Origin: Macrostomum lignano
Taxonomy: Eukaryota
DNA: 64,000 nucleotides
Reading direction: 5' to 3'
NCBI GenBank assembly: GCA_002269645.1
Contig: NIVC01000501.1
Coordinates: 124,001 to 188,000 of the forward strand
Both the position numbers and the translations under genes were made by a program. The notes under the pieces were generated by a model. That model had not been told where the DNA came from, searched no databases, and saw nothing but the letters and a program-made list of their open reading frames with translations. Position 1 is the stretch's first letter; each line of letters starts with the position of its first letter. Below, in pieces: positions 1-13,600 of this stretch.

Positions 1-520
1 GTAGCAGCAATCTGAAGGACAGCCAGGGAGGGTGTAGCAGCAATCTGAAGGACAGCCAGGGAGGGTGTAGCAGCAATCTGAAGGACAGCCAGGGAGGGTG
101 TAGCAGCAATCTGAAGGACAGCCAGGGAGGGTGTAGCAGCAATCTGAAGGACAGCCAGGGAGGGTGTAGCAGCAATCTGAAGGACAGCCAGGGAGGGTGT
201 AGCAGCAATCTGAAGGACAGTCAGGGAGGGTGTAGCAGCAATCTGAAGGACAGTCAGGGAGGGTGTAGCAGCAATCTGAAGGACAGTCAGGAAGGGTGTA
301 GCAGCAATCTGAAGGACAGTCAGGAAGGGTGTAGCAGCAATCTGAAGGACAGTCAGGGAGGGTGTAGCAGCAATCTGAAGGACAGTCAGGGAGGGTGTAG
401 CAGCAATCTGAAGAACAGTCAGGGAGGGTGTAGCAGCAATCTGAAGGACAGTCAGGGAGGGTGTAGCAGCAATCTGAAGGACAGTCAGGGAGGGTGTAGC
501 AGCAATCTGAAGAACAGTTG
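1..520. repeat. 33-bp minisatellite (GTAGCAGCAATCTGAAGGACAGYCAGGGAGGGT), about 16 copies, truncated by window start
   Basis: Unit recurs at 1, 34, 67 and onward; decays near 520. Confidence 0.97.
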
Positions 521-764
521 GGTGTAGCAACAACTACCTACTAATTCAATGGGAAAGAAAAAAAGCAACAAACACGAAATAAAATATAAGCAGACAGAAA
601 TGCATTCTTGGTTAAAAACTTGTTTAAAAACGGTATATCAAACAGAACGATTCACAATGATTCGACCCAATAATAGCCAGAGAGGCTATAATAAATAAAG
701 AGTACACAATGCTCTATTATAGTTAATAAACATGTTGGTGAATGGAACAACTCGCGCAACTGGG

Positions 765-3534
765 CTACGGCTGTTCCTGCGAAGCGCCAACAGCGGCCAA
801 ACTCGAAGGCCCATCGTCGCCGCTATTCAATAACTGCTGTTTAAATTGGCGCCAATCGGCCAGGTCTCGGTCGTCTTCTTCGCTATCCGACGGCTCCAAT
901 TGTCGCTGAACGAATCGGACTCGGCCAAGTCGGCCAGCCAGTCGACCGACGTCGCCACCGCCACCGTCGTCGTCGTACGGATCGACATCGTCGACATAAT
1001 CGTCGTCCTCGTCCTCGCTATCCGCCGAGCAGCCATTGGCCGACTCGTCCTCGGACGGTGTGTCCGGATATTCGTTGCGCCAATTGGACTCGCTATTCGA
1101 ATCTGAATCGTCGCTATTGCCGTCGATAACGGTGAAACAACCACCGCCGCTGCTGCCGACAGCATCCGAGTCGTCTGCGTAGCTGTAGGCCTCTTCGTAG
1201 GCCTGAAGCAGGAACTGCATCTGCTGGTGCTCCTGCTGGCTCTCGCTGCCGGGCACGGGCAGCGGGCCGCGGGCTGCGGGTGGGGCGGTTGACAGGGAAT
1301 GCTAAACTGAACTGATGCAGTGCAAGCTGGCATCTGGATTGGGCGGCTTCGCTGCTGGGAAGGTCTGGGAGGCTGGCCCAGCAACTGGGGATCTGAGAGG
1401 CTGGCCAAGCAACTGAGGATGTGGGAGGCTGGCCCAGCAACTGGGGATCTGAGAGGCTGGCCCAGCAACTGAGGATCTGAGAGGCTGGCCCAGCAACTGA
1501 GGATGTGGGAGGCTGGCCAAGCAACTGAGGATGTGGGAGGCTGGCCCAGCAACTGAGCATGTGGGAGGCTGGCCCAGCAACTGAGGATCTGGGAGGCTGG
1601 CCCAGCAACTGAGCATGTGGGAGGCTGGCCCAGCAACTGAGGATCTGGGAGGCTGGCCCAGCAACTGAGGATCTGGGAGGCTGGCCCAGCAACTGAGCAT
1701 CTGGGAGGCTGGCCCAGCAACTGACACTCTGGGAGGCTGGCCCAGCAACTGAGCATCTGGAAGGCTGGCCCAGCAACTGGGGATCAGGGAGGCTGGCCCA
1801 GCAACTGAGCATCTGGGAGGCTGCATGGCCCAGCAATTGAGGATCTGGGAGGCTGGCCCAGCAACTGGGGATCAGGGAGGCTGGCCCAGCAACTGAGCAT
1901 CTGGGAGGCTGCATGGCCCAGCAATTGAGGATCTGGGAGGCTGGCCCAGCAACTGAGGATCTGAGAAGTCAGCCCAGCTAGTAGAGATAGTAAGGTCCAA
2001 TGTGGCTTATTTATTAAAAGCTTAGCAGCAGAGTGAAACACACCAATGCAAGCGTCGCTGTATCCATAGTACAGGTCATAGTAAACGTCTCCATCGCTCT
2101 CTGAATCAACTTCATCTCTATTGGAATTTTTACAGTTCTCGTCGCCTTTATCTTGGCTAACCGCAGCTTCATCAGTTTTGTCGGCAGATTTTTTAGTTGT
2201 CATGGCAACGCCGTTACACGCGATCTGTTCCGAATCTTTCTGCCGGCTCATGAGGGCCCGCCTACGCGACCCGGCTAATTCAAAATCGACTATGCGAAAC
2301 TGCTGGCTACTACTTTTGTCAGTAGTATCATCAGTAGCAGCAGCAGCGGCAGTCCCCAGCTGAGTAGTAGCGACACGGTCGACTGTTTTTAGTGCCTTGG
2401 CAACAACCACCTGAAAAGTGCATGTATAAATTTTATGGCGTTTAGCGCAGACATTCACCCACAGAACTTTGCCAGCCGAGAAGGTTGCCACAGCCAAGAA
2501 GGTTGGCACAGCCGAGAAGGTTGGCACAGCCAAGAAGGTTGCCACAGCCGAGAAGGTTGCCACAGTCGAGAAGGTTGCCACAGCCGAGAAGGTTGCCACA
2601 GCCGAGAAGGTTGCCACAGCCGAGAAGGTTGCCACAGCCGAGGTTGGCACAGCCGAGAAGGTTGCCACAGCCGAGAAGGTTGCCACAGCCGAGGTTGGCA
2701 CAGTCGAGAAGGTTGCCACAGCCGAGAAGGTTGCCACAGCCGAGAAGGTTGCCACAGCCGAGAAGGTTGCCACAGCCGAGAAGGTTGCCACAGCCGAGGT
2801 TGCCACAGCCGAGGTTGGCACAGCCGAGAAGGTTGCCACAGCCGAGGTTGGCACAGTCGAGAAGGTTGCCACAGCCGAGAAGGTTGCCACAGCCGAGAAG
2901 GTTGCCACAGCCGAGAAGGTTGCCACAGCCGAGGTTGGCACAGCCGAGAAGGTTGGCACAGTCGAGAAGGTTGCCACAGCCAAGAAGGTTGCCACAGCCG
3001 AGAAAGTTGCCACAGCCAAGAAGGTTGCCACAGCCGAGAAAGTTGCCAGCCACCTCTACTGTAAATCTCCGGCTGGCAAAGTTCGAAGACCCCACAGGAG
3101 ACCCCGAGAGCTTAATAAAAAAACACAGCACACAGCTGATCCCGACTTACCTCCGTTGGCTGAGCGCGCTTCCGCCGTTTATAAACCAATCGACCTTCAC
3201 CCTCGGACGGTCGCTCGCCCAATCGCCGACGCAGTCGGTCAGCCTCTGTGCCCAGCTTCCGTTTGCCAATAGCTCGCCTGACAGCGGCTTCGGCTGCATC
3301 GACATCAGCGCTGCTCACCCGGCCAGCGTAGACAAACAGCCCGCCAGATTGTTGCTCACTAAGCTTGGCTCGCTTAGCATTGGGAGGCTGTTGCAGAAGC
3401 AGACGAACTGCTGCTACGGTAGCTTCTTCATCTGCATTGTCAGGCTGTGCTGCAGATGCCGCTGCTGCAATGGCGCCACCAGACAGGGATGCCAATTTGC
3501 GCTTTTTCACCCGAAGTACAACAGGGGTTGACAT
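765..3534 (-). CDS. SLC7A6OS: SLC7A6OS/Iwr1-like RNA polymerase II nuclear localization protein, about 419 aa, 3 exons
   Basis: Exons 3534-3151 (donor GTAAGT, phase 0), 2410-2044 (acceptor TTTTCAG, donor GTGTGT, phase 1), 1273-765 (acceptor CCCGCAG). N-terminal VVLRVKKRK, DVYYDLYY and acidic DSDSNSESNWRNEYPD motifs match the Iwr1/SLC7A6OS family. The exon 2/3 junction is the least certain. Confidence 0.85.
1364..1975. repeat. 28-bp minisatellite family A (GGGAGGCTGGCCCAGCAACTGAGGATCT), about 22 copies, SLC7A6OS intron 2
   Basis: Period 28 (e.g. 1621 and 1649); same unit at 12229-12388 and, inverted, at 47437-48550. Confidence 0.97.
2470..3050. repeat. 18-bp minisatellite (GCCACAGCCGAGAAGGTT) with 15-bp variants, SLC7A6OS intron 1
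   Basis: Visible tandem units; source of the VATAEK, QPRRLP and CGNLLG pseudo-ORFs. Confidence 0.97.
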
Positions 3535-4631
3535 AATTTTTGTAGACGCATGAAAAGTTTGGGTTGGTCAAACAGTTGAAACTTAACTTATCTAAGTTGC
3601 TTTATTTTTGCTAGAATAAAAGTTTTCAATGATTAGACTTATTCATGGTAGGTGTGAAATATCGTGTAGTTTACAGTTTTCATTTTTTTCATATGTATTG
3701 ATATTGGTAGATGTTACTAGTTATAAATAGTGTATCAGTACAATTCTAAAGTAATGTTTTAGAAAACTTAAGAAATTATATTATGCTAGTTATTTTTTTG
3801 CTAATAATATTTGAACTCATTCAGAATTAGACAAGATGCACAACTAAGACTGCCATATACCAAGACTGCCACAGATCTTACTGGCTACTAGAATTGAGGG
3901 AGAGCTACCAATCTTCCAGCATTGCTATTGGTTGTGATGGGTAGTGAAGTTAGATGAGGAGGAAGCATCCCAAGATGGGTCACATATAAGACAATAGATG
4001 GCCCAATATGATTGCAAGTCAGCCAGGGCTTTCGATATCTTTAACAAAACCATAGTTCATTACTTTTAGTAGTAGATGAGCATGAACAATGCTTTTGAGA
4101 GCAAAAGCTTGAGTAATTAGATTTAATTTCACTTTCAAAAAGGCCTTTAAAAAAATTGATTGCTAAGTTGCTATAATCTGAAAAGTTTTTTTACAAGCTT
4201 GCATATTAGATTATATGAGCATATATTTGGCATCTAGAGGCAATTGAGACAAACAAATACTAAGCATCTTGATATGTTGGTATAGTACATAGATTTAGAG
4301 GTGCCATTCATTTTGACAAAGGTTTATATATATATTGACAAAAGCAAGTTAATTCCACTATTGTTCACTTACATAACTGAAAAAGCGCATCTTAGGCCAG
4401 ATGCCTAAAGGAATTCTACATATTCTACATATATATATATATGAGCACATTGTGTATATTTTACTATGTATTCAAAGCCGAGAATTTCGGAGAAAGCAAA
4501 GGGAGAGAATGAGAGTAAATGTACATGTATATACATTTTGTGCCATACATTTTGAATGTATTAAGAGTGATCATAGTAACTTTTGAGTGAGTGATCAATG
4601 TGCAAGTAAGTGAATGAGATAAAGTATAAAA

Positions 4632-5414
4632 GGGCCATTCTATATAATTATGGTCATAACATGACAGACTATTTTTACTTATAAAATGAAATCTAATAAT
4701 AGAATATACTAAACCAATATTTTGAATGAAAGATTATTTTGTCAAGAATATGTTTATAAAGTTTCATATAGATATCAGCATTAGTATAGATGCTATTAAA
4801 CCTTGAATGGCACTTATGGTCGTAACAACAGGATTTTTGACATATAGAAACTAAAAGGTAAAAGTCTTACAACATTTTTCATTTTTGATATTTTGCAATA
4901 ATTCTTTTTTTATTTGACTAAGAACATCTTTAGAAGTTATACTCTTTTATTAGAATATATAAACTCAAAAAGGCAACAAAGATACAAAAGAAAAGGCAGC
5001 CTTATGGTCGTAACATTATGGTTGTAACATATTTTTTCTATCAGTTCAGTAACTTTTAAGTAGTAATATATTAAAAATATAATAGATTATATGGTTGCTA
5101 TTTATCTGATGATGCAAGTACTATAATTTTTTATATAGTTTGTTTTAACCTTCTAAAGCTTTCTATTTGTTTTTAAAAGGTACATAAACTTAATGATGTC
5201 TTTTGCTTAGAAAATGTCTAACTTTTTACAAAAAATAACTTTTTGCCAATTGATAACATACTAATCCAACATTTTATCATTTATTTATTCTTAGATTGTA
5301 GACATTACATACAAAAAAGATTTAGTAAAAAAAATTAGCTGATAAGGCAATGACAAGAAAAAATATTTACTTTTTTCTATTTTCCAAATATGCCCATCTT
5401 ATATGGAATAGGCC
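4632..5414 (+). mobile_element. About 780-bp non-autonomous DNA transposon (Sola2-like MITE), copy 1
   Basis: Imperfect 16-bp TIR GGGCCATTC(C/T)ATATAA and 4-bp TSD AAAA (4628-4631, 5415-5418); the whole body recurs inverted at 26466-27246. GRG termini with a 4-bp TSD fit Sola2. Confidence 0.85.
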
Positions 5415-5690
5415 AAAAGAGTGAGTGAGTTAGTGATTGAGTGATTCAAAAGTGAGTAGGCCTATAAAACTGCCTACCAGGCCTCATATAGCTCAAGGCC
5501 TAGCTTGTACAGATCATGGACTACTTAAGTGTCATTTTTAATTTTTTACAGGAAGCCTATACATGTTATACATACATATACATATACATACATATACATA
5601 GCCTATACATTTTTTACATGACATTTAATATTTACTATGAAAAATGAATTTTATTTTTCAGCAAAGGCATTGATAGAACTAGGCCTAAAT

Positions 5691-6560
5691 ATGAATTCAA
5701 GGGATCTGATGGAAGTGACAGCAAGTACTGATGAGACTATGTGGTAGCTCGCTCGTCATGGACTATTGACCAACCAACAGACCTGCCCATGTGCCGCACA
5801 TGCACCAATGAATCTGCAGCACTGCAATAGAGAGCAATTCATTGATGGCTACGCCTGGGACTATAAAACCTGTCGAGCATATTTAAGGGCTTCTTTTTGA
5901 GGCCAGCCATCTGGACCTGCAGCAGCTGATCGTTCTGTTGCAATGCTGGGCCAAAAATGAGTCCATGTCAAATTGTCAACCATCATGGACAAGTGTTGCA
6001 TCAGTAGCTGTACCGCCGTCAACTGGCTCAACTTTGTTTGCAACGTCTGTTACTAGCTAGTACTTTGTGGATCACCCGATGCAGCTGGGTGACCCTGGTC
6101 ATGTGGTTGAGATCAATGAAAGTCGGTTCTTTCACCGCAAGTATCACCAGGGAGCCTACCATGACAGTCACTGGGTGATTGGAACGGTAGAATGAGGCTC
6201 ACCCAAGTGCATCATGGTGGTTGTACCAGAGGTCTGCTGCTGTACTGCTACTTATCATCCAGCAGTATGTCCTACCTGGCACGCGGATCCTGACAGATGG
6301 CTGGCAGGCAAATAATCAAGTGGCGAACATTGTTGGTGGTCATGGTAGGCCTAACCAGGGTGTTGTGAATCATAGGCTTTACTTTATGGACCCTAAATCT
6401 AATGACCCCACGCTGCACACAAACACAATTGAAGGGATGTGGGACAACTGCAAAGCAAAATTCTGGGCCATGCACGGCATTAGCGATGCCCTCTTTGAAT
6501 TGCACATCCAAGAGTATTTATAGCAATGCTTTTACCCAGGGGGCCAGGGCCTGCCAAGGC
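5691..6560 (+). pseudogene. Decayed Merlin (IS1016/ISXO2-like DDE) transposase
   Basis: Translates to LGDPGHVVEINESRFFHRKYHQG...HWVIGTVE*, VLPGTRILTDGW, VVNHRLYF, HTNTIEGMW...K, typical of the ISXO2/Merlin core; several stops and frameshifts. Confidence 0.85.
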
Positions 6561-8656
6561 TTTTGGCAGCATTCGGTATTGGATTTGTTATTATTACCCA
6601 GTTTAGGAATCTGAGCCAGTCAGGACTGCATTGAACTGAACTGAGCAATGCTTAGTGCCATTGAAAAATGTTTCCTACCAGTTGTGTTACTAGTTGACAT
6701 TATGAGCTCAATAAAACTCAGCCAAATTTTTGTGCCCCAAACAACTCTATGCAGCTAGTAAAGGCTATAGACAACTCCCATTCGTCATTCCGCATCATTG
6801 GCACCATTTTAAAAGAAAAAAATTCATGAACAAAAGTAAATTTATGCCAATGAATTCTGGTTGTTTTGTTTCCAAACTGTTTTGGCCATGGACATTTTGC
6901 CCATTGCCCCTAGACCATTTTGCCCATAAACCAGTTTGGCTAGGCCCCTGGCCTAAGTGTTTGGGCCAAAATTGTGATTATGTATTTGAGAGATACAGCC
7001 ATACATGTATCTTTATTTTTTCAATGCTAGTTTTTTGTTTAAATGTTTAAAAAATTTGATTTGAATTGTGGATACAACAATTGTGTTAGGCCCCTATTGC
7101 AATTTTGTTTAGGCCTATTATTACGAGTTTTTTAAAAGTCATTCCTTTTGAAAGCTGAACACTTTGCTTTTTAAATTGCTTTTTTTCTTTTTTTCCTTTT
7201 TAAAGCCAATTTGAACAATCAGAGGGTAAGAAAGGGTTTCGGTTATAGCAAGGTAAAGCCTGAAAGCCAGAAATACTAGGCCTAAAAGTCTGTGGGTCTG
7301 TGGGCGAGATGGTGTAGTGGCGAAATTCCGAAAGGTCCATGGCCGAAACGGTTATGGGCGAAACGATCAGTTACCTGATAAATCCTAAAAGAGTTAACCT
7401 TCTATCTAACACAAAATTGCGAATTTGTTTCTTAAATAATTAACTGTGGACCTTACTTGAAATTTTACAGACAAGCGCTCAAGTTCGTCGAAAAAAACAA
7501 TTTTTCCACACTTAAGATTCTTACAATTGTACACTTTCTTATGTTTGTAACTTTTAATTTGATCTCTCTTTGGCTATTCAAAATACTTTACTTTCTTTTT
7601 CCAAAAATAATAAGAGTCTAAACCTAGATAATACAGGAGTTAGGCCTATACTTTTTTTATATAACTTCGTTTGATCAAAATTTTCTAAGAAACCAATGCA
7701 ACTTAAATATGTAAGTTTTACTTATTTTCTGTAGGGGCCTATCCACGAGCTTTGCTTTACCTTGCCTAGAAAATTAGACAAGAAGAATAGTTTTTACCAT
7801 ATTTTAAATTTTTGCATTAGAACATATAATATAAATAGATTTTACTTTGCTTTATCACAGTTTTATCTAGGCCTGCCTATCTGCCTAGAATTATAGTTAC
7901 TTCAGTGACAGTCATTTTGGTATCATTCATGATTCATTATAGTGACAGGTTAGGCCTTCTTTAGTAATAAAAGAGTATGGAGCATTAGGCATTTCTTTAA
8001 AGTTTATTTGTGTTTTAAACGTAAAGGTTACTATTAAATAATTAATTACTTTGTTATCATTGTTTGTCATTTTTCATTGTCATTTGTCATTTTTGAAATA
8101 GTGCTTTGTTGTCAATAATTTTGGGATTTTGTTTTGTTTTCATTCTCTAACAACAACAACAATAAACTATATCAACCCTGGGCAAGCCAAGTTGGGTTGC
8201 TATTGCTATCATAAGGCACATACAAGTGCAGATTTATGCAGAATAGAATCCACAGGGATTTGAGATTTCAATGTCTCTTTAAAAGCAGGTCAATGAAATG
8301 TAGACTTCTTGCCTTACCAAGCTATTGTAGCCCTTGAAGTGATAGTAGCAGCACATCTTGAAGTGCCTTGTGGATGGTATTGGTATTTTTGGTAGTAGCG
8401 GTCAGTGAGTAAGCCCTAGTATATAGTATCTATCTAAGACCTTCTTGACTATAGGTAGGGCCTAGATACCGAAAGCTGCTCTTAGGAATCTAGCATAAGT
8501 GGCATCGAGTTGCAGCTCCTATAAGCTAGTTAGTGTCCACATTTTAGCATTGTAAAGGAGAACAGTTTCAATGATAGCTTAGAATAGCCACCTTTATTCT
8601 TGCAATGAGTTTTGTCAACAGTAATTACTTGTTTTAGATTGTACATTTACCTTGTC

Positions 8657-9241
8657 CCATAGTCCGGATCATGTCATTTACGCCAGAGATCTCTGGCATA
8701 AATCTGGTTTGGGATCGGAGGCTGGCGTAAGTGCTTGGCACAGGTATAGGCCAAAATGTGCCTTGGCATAAGTGCTTAGCGTAAATACATGGCATAAATC
8801 ACGTGGCATAAATGTTGGCACAAATGAGATCATTCACAATCAAATGTATCACTATAGAACATTACACATTTGCGTTAATTATGATGTTAAAGAGCAGCAT
8901 TAAAACAAAGTTCATTGAAATATTGCAGTTTGTATAAATAAGATAGCAGAATATCTATTGTAGGATAGCAAAAGTTTTTTAGCTTCAAGATGCTTACTTT
9001 GATTCTTGATTCAGAATTTTCAACTTGTGAGATTTTTAAACAGTTGCAAAATTACTTCTGAATTTAATTAATCACCGATTCTATTCTATTCTATTCTATT
9101 CTATTCACAAGATTTGTGAGGGACCTTTTTTTGGGTGGCGTAAGTCAGAGGGACCTTTTTTGGTTGGCGTAAGTCTGGCGTAAGTGCCAAAAAATGTTGG
9201 ATTTTTCCTCCGGCGTAAGTCCAGCATGATCCGGACTATGG
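8657..9241. mobile_element. MITE with CCATAGTCCGGATCATG TIR and 8-bp TSD
   Basis: 17-bp perfect TIR; flanks ACCTTGTC / ACCCTGTC (7 of 8); internal GGCGTAA sub-repeats. Confidence 0.8.
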
Positions 9242-10100
9242 ACCCTGTCACTTGCAGCCTACATATACATAAGAATGTGACTTTAGGCCTATCAATTGTT
9301 TAGCACTCTTCACTTGGTTGAAAGTAAATATTTATACTTTATTTCTTGTCTTTGGATATATTTCATAACAATTTAGGATTGCAATAAAATCTTTGTGCAG
9401 TTTGCTTTCATATATAAAAATGTTCTTGAATTATATACACTGACATAACATGAACAAGTTAATAAAAAAAGTAGAGAAAGTAGCCTAATAACAAATTTAA
9501 AACTGACATTTTATATCACTATAAAATGTTAGGCTAAGCCTATTTTACAGCATAAATATCTTGAAATTAATTGCTTAGCAACATTGAAGTACAACAAAAT
9601 TTCAAAATGATTATGACAACTAATTAATTAATTATTTAATACTAACATTTAAAAAGACTAATAAAGCACCCAATCAATGGTAGATCTAGAGTCTCATTTT
9701 GAAGGGGGGCAGTCCAAGTTTGGGGCACCAACATGAGTATAAAGGTTGCTAAAGTCCTATTGTAACCAAAATTTCCTAGATATTTTATCTATAGGGGTAC
9801 AAAATGATTTTGCTTGCCACCTTTTTGTCTACTGGCAAACAAGACAACTTTTTTGCTAGATATATAAGATGTAAGTACTAGTGCTGCTTTCCTAGGATAT
9901 TGAATAGAATTAAGTATAGGACCCATTGGGGCCTAAACTCTTTAATTCAGAGTTCTAAGCATTACAACTTATATATAGCTAGCTTTTAGGCTAGAAAATT
10001 TTCATGGGAGACAAAATGACTTTTTGCAAATAGTAATAGAATAAAAAATAGCACACAAAATATAGCAAACAAAATCATTACCAACCTCTAAGGCTCCAAG

Positions 10101-10329
10101 CTAGGGTTTTTTCGTCCATAACTTGGGTGCAATTTTGCACCCTGTGCTAGATTTCAGGGTGCGATTTTCAAGACCAGGATGCGCTGCACATCCATAATAC
10201 TAAATTGTAAAATCTGCATCGCATCCTTGCAAAAAATTCTGGTGCGCTTTTTGCACCCTGAGTCAAATTTCAAGGTGCAATTTTTAAGACCAGGATGCTA
10301 TTCACACCCATTTGCACAAAAAAACCTAG
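10101..10329. mobile_element. Small hAT-like MITE (229 bp)
   Basis: CTAGGGTTTTTT...AAAAACCTAG termini; flanks GCTCCAAG / GCTCCGAG (7 of 8); internal GGTGCAATTTT repeats. Confidence 0.65.
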
Positions 10330-10518
10330 GCTCCGAGCCATATATAAATTTTTCCTATAGCCTATCCATATAGACTATATGTAATGATAAGAAAGAGTTC
10401 TATCACTCACTATAATATAGTGACAAAATATAGTGCAATCACAATATATGACCTATAACTCATCAACAGTTTCTTATTTATTTATTGTCAAAAAGAATCG
10501 GCTAAGATAGCATTCATT

Positions 10519-11387
10519 GGGTCTATGAAATTTGCTTGCAAGAAGTTTGCTTGCCAAACTTTGCTTGCTGAACTTTGCTTGCCAAACTTTGCTGGCCAAA
10601 TTTTGCTTGCAGGAAATTTGCTTGCCAAACTTTGCTTGTGGAGTTTTGCTTGCCAAAGTCTGCTTGCTGAACTTTGCTTGCAGAAATTTTGCTTGCTGAG
10701 GTTTGCCAGCCACAGTTTTCTTGTGGAACCTCAAAGAACCTATTATTTAGCTCTTTTATTTCTAATTTTTATTTTCTAAGCTTCGTGGAAGTCACCTATA
10801 GTGTTATGATTTTGTATGAGGATATGGAGGATTTGAAAAGCTCTAATGCAGAAATGGAATAATTTAGTTTTTTACTGGGAATATATTTTGAACAAAAATT
10901 GGACACAATTTCAAACAATGCACATATTTAATGATTTAGGTAGTGGAATATACAGAATAGATTTTTCGGAAATGATGTACATTGATGTACAATGTACATC
11001 ATTTTTATATACTAAATTCTTAAAATGAAACTCTATAAGCCTAGTTTGAAAGCTCAGTGTCAAGTCAGTTTACATCGACGCTGATAAGAATCCATTTGCA
11101 AAGCATCTGTAGTAAGTAATAATTGACTGACCAACTTCACAAGCAATCAAAACAAGCAAGCAAACAAGAAAATAATTCAGTAAGTTGAAATCTTACAATT
11201 ATGATTGCAAATTTCTAGGAAGCAGACTTCAAAATTCTGCGAACAAATTTCCTACAAGCAAAGTTCCGCAAGCAAACTTTGACAAGCAAGCTTCGGCAAG
11301 TAAAGTTCGGCATGCAAAATTCCATTAGCAAAGCTTGGCAAGCAAAATTCAGCAAGCAAATTTCCCACAAGCAAATGTTGTACTCCC
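10519..11387. mobile_element. Merlin-like MITE with TIRs built of TTTGCTTGC sub-repeats
   Basis: GG...CC ends; inverted sub-repeat arms at about 10520-10720 and 11220-11385; flanks CATTCATT / CATTCATC (7 of 8). Confidence 0.7.
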
Positions 11388-11835
11388 CATTCATCTTTAC
11401 TTTAGTCCATTGTGCCCCAACCACACAATGTGGTAAATGCTCGTACGTTGCTTGAGTCCTTGACCCAAAGGACTTGAGAGTGAGACTTCCTTTCATGAAA
11501 GCGTTAAAACTGGCAAAAAATTAATTTTCATTTCTATTGTTCTACCCCTCTCCTACTAATTTTATCAACGGCTCTAATGATCTTCTAAGTTTTAGTTATT
11601 AGGTGGCAACTACTAATATGTATAGTAAATAGGCATTCCTGTAACCTATCCATAGCTATGATGAAACACTAGCACCTTGTTTATTTTAAGCAGAATACCT
11701 TCATGGCTCATTTCATTTGCTTCTCTCAGTGTAAAGAAACAATTTCATTTCAACATTTTATGACTGAACACTGACTATACTACTCACCAAGTAGTAAAGA
11801 CTTAATTTCAAGCTATTTATTTAAGCCACTATTTA

Positions 11836-12741
11836 ATGAGCAACAGCGGCAACAGGCAGGAGTTGCGCGGCCTGTCCCGGGAGATCAGCAAGCTGGTTGC
11901 CGTGTCCAATCCGGGCCCGCGATTCTCCGCTTTGCCAAGCTTCTCAGAGTCGGATGAGGAGAGCAGCAACGGAGCCAGCGGCGGCGGCGGCGGCGGCGGT
12001 GGCGGCAGCGCTGGCGAAGCTGACAGCGTTGTTGCCAGGAAGAAACGGCGCCAAAGAGGCGCCGGGCGCGCCAACTTTATTGCTGGTGGCGTCGGAGCGG
12101 GTGTTAACGCTTTGTCAGCCCCGGCTTCGATGGCTGGAGCCGGTTCCGGCTCCGGGTTGATGTACCAGCATCAGTACAGCCTGCAGCAGCTGGTGTGTTC
12201 CGCTTCCGCTGACTGGGGTGCTTGGTGGTGGCCCAGCAACTGGGGATCTGGGAGGCTGGCCCAGCAACTGAGGATCTGGGAAGCTGGCCCAGCAACTGGG
12301 GATCTGGGCGGCTGGCCTAGCAACTGGGTATCTGGGAGGCTGGCCCAGCAACTGGGGATCTGGGAGGCTGGCCCAGCAACTGGGGATATCAGGGTTGAGG
12401 TTTAACCATAGAAGTGGAATGCCGTGTGGAAATCGTCAGTTCAAATTGCCACAAGCTGATGCGCTACTCCGCCCATCCTCCCGCAGTCCATGCCCGGCCA
12501 ATCGGACTGCATCTACGACAGCCAGGGCCGCATAGTGGCCAACGGTCAGGACGCGTGCGACTGCCTGACGCTGGGCTGTCCGGGCTGTTATTTTCCCTGC
12601 GCCAGGTGCGGCGGCACCAAGTGCGGCTACGAGTGCCGTGTGGGCCGCAACAGCTACGTTAAGCAGATCAAAGTGGAGAGTTTAGGCGATTTGAAAATTT
12701 GCAACAGGCTTATTATTGATGATGAAGATAGGGACAAGTGA
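11836..12741 (+). CDS. ARL14EP: ARL14 effector protein-like, about 203 aa, 2 exons
   Basis: Exons 11836-12192 (donor GTGTGT) and 12487-12741 (acceptor CCCGCAG), phase 0. C-terminal YDSQGR...DACDCLTLGCPGCYFPCARCGGTKCGYECRVGR is the ARL14EP Cys-rich domain. Confidence 0.88.
12229..12388. repeat. 28-bp minisatellite family A, 5-6 copies, ARL14EP intron
   Basis: GGGAGGCTGGCCCAGCAACTGGGGATCT units. Confidence 0.95.
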
Positions 12742-12759
12742 ATTTGATTGAAGGGTTTT

Positions 12760-13359
12760 TTTATTCATTATGATTGATTTATCGCCTGCTTTATTGATTG
12801 ATTGATTGCCTGTTTGATCAATTGATTGATTGATAGATTTTCGTCTTGATTGTTTTATCGTCTGATTGATTGTTCGATTGCCGGGGGTCTTGATTGATTG
12901 ATTGATAGCCTGTTTTTTGATTGATTGATTGGTTGACTGATAGATTGCCGTCTTGATTGATTCAATGCCTGCTTCATTGATTGATGGATTGCCTGTTTGA
13001 TTGATTTATTGATTGATCTATTTATTGCCTGCTTGATTGATTGATTGACTGCTTGATTGATTGATTGATTGATTGATTGACTGCTTGATTGATTGATTGA
13101 TTGATTGCTTGATTTATTGATTGCCTAATTGATTGATTGATTGACTGCTTGATTGATTGATTGATTGATTGCTTGATTTATTGATTGCCTGATTGATTGA
13201 TTGATTTATTATTTATTGCCTGCTTGATTGATTGATTGACTGCTTGATTGTTTGATTGCCTGATTGATTGATTGATTTATTTATTGGTTGGTTGGTTGAT
13301 TGATTGCTTGATTGATTGATTGCCTGATTGATTGATTGATTGATCGATTTATTGCCTGC

Positions 13360-13398
<39 letters not shown>

Positions 13399-13600
13399 CC
13401 TGCTTGATTGATTGATTGATTGATCGCTTGATTGATTGATTACCTGATTGATTGATTGATTGCCTGCTTGATTGATTGATTGATTGATCGCTTGATTGAT
13501 TGATTACCCAATTGATTGATTGCCTGTTTGATTGACTGATCGATTGATTGGCTGTTTGGTTGATTGAATGATTGCCTATATGCTCGATTGATTGATTGCT
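12760..13600. repeat. Degenerate (GATT)n microsatellite
   Basis: Long TTGA/GATT runs immediately 3' of the ARL14EP stop. Confidence 0.95.

Noticed and set aside
827-3531. Long repetitive ORFs (SQILSCWASLPD, VATAEK, QPRRLP and similar)
   Set aside because: They are translations of intronic minisatellites, open in several frames on both strands, and lie between phase-consistent splice sites of SLC7A6OS.
5691-6560. Bacterial IS1595 contamination or recent horizontal transfer
   Set aside because: Eukaryotic Merlin elements share this domain; the copy is decayed and embedded among host-type repeats.
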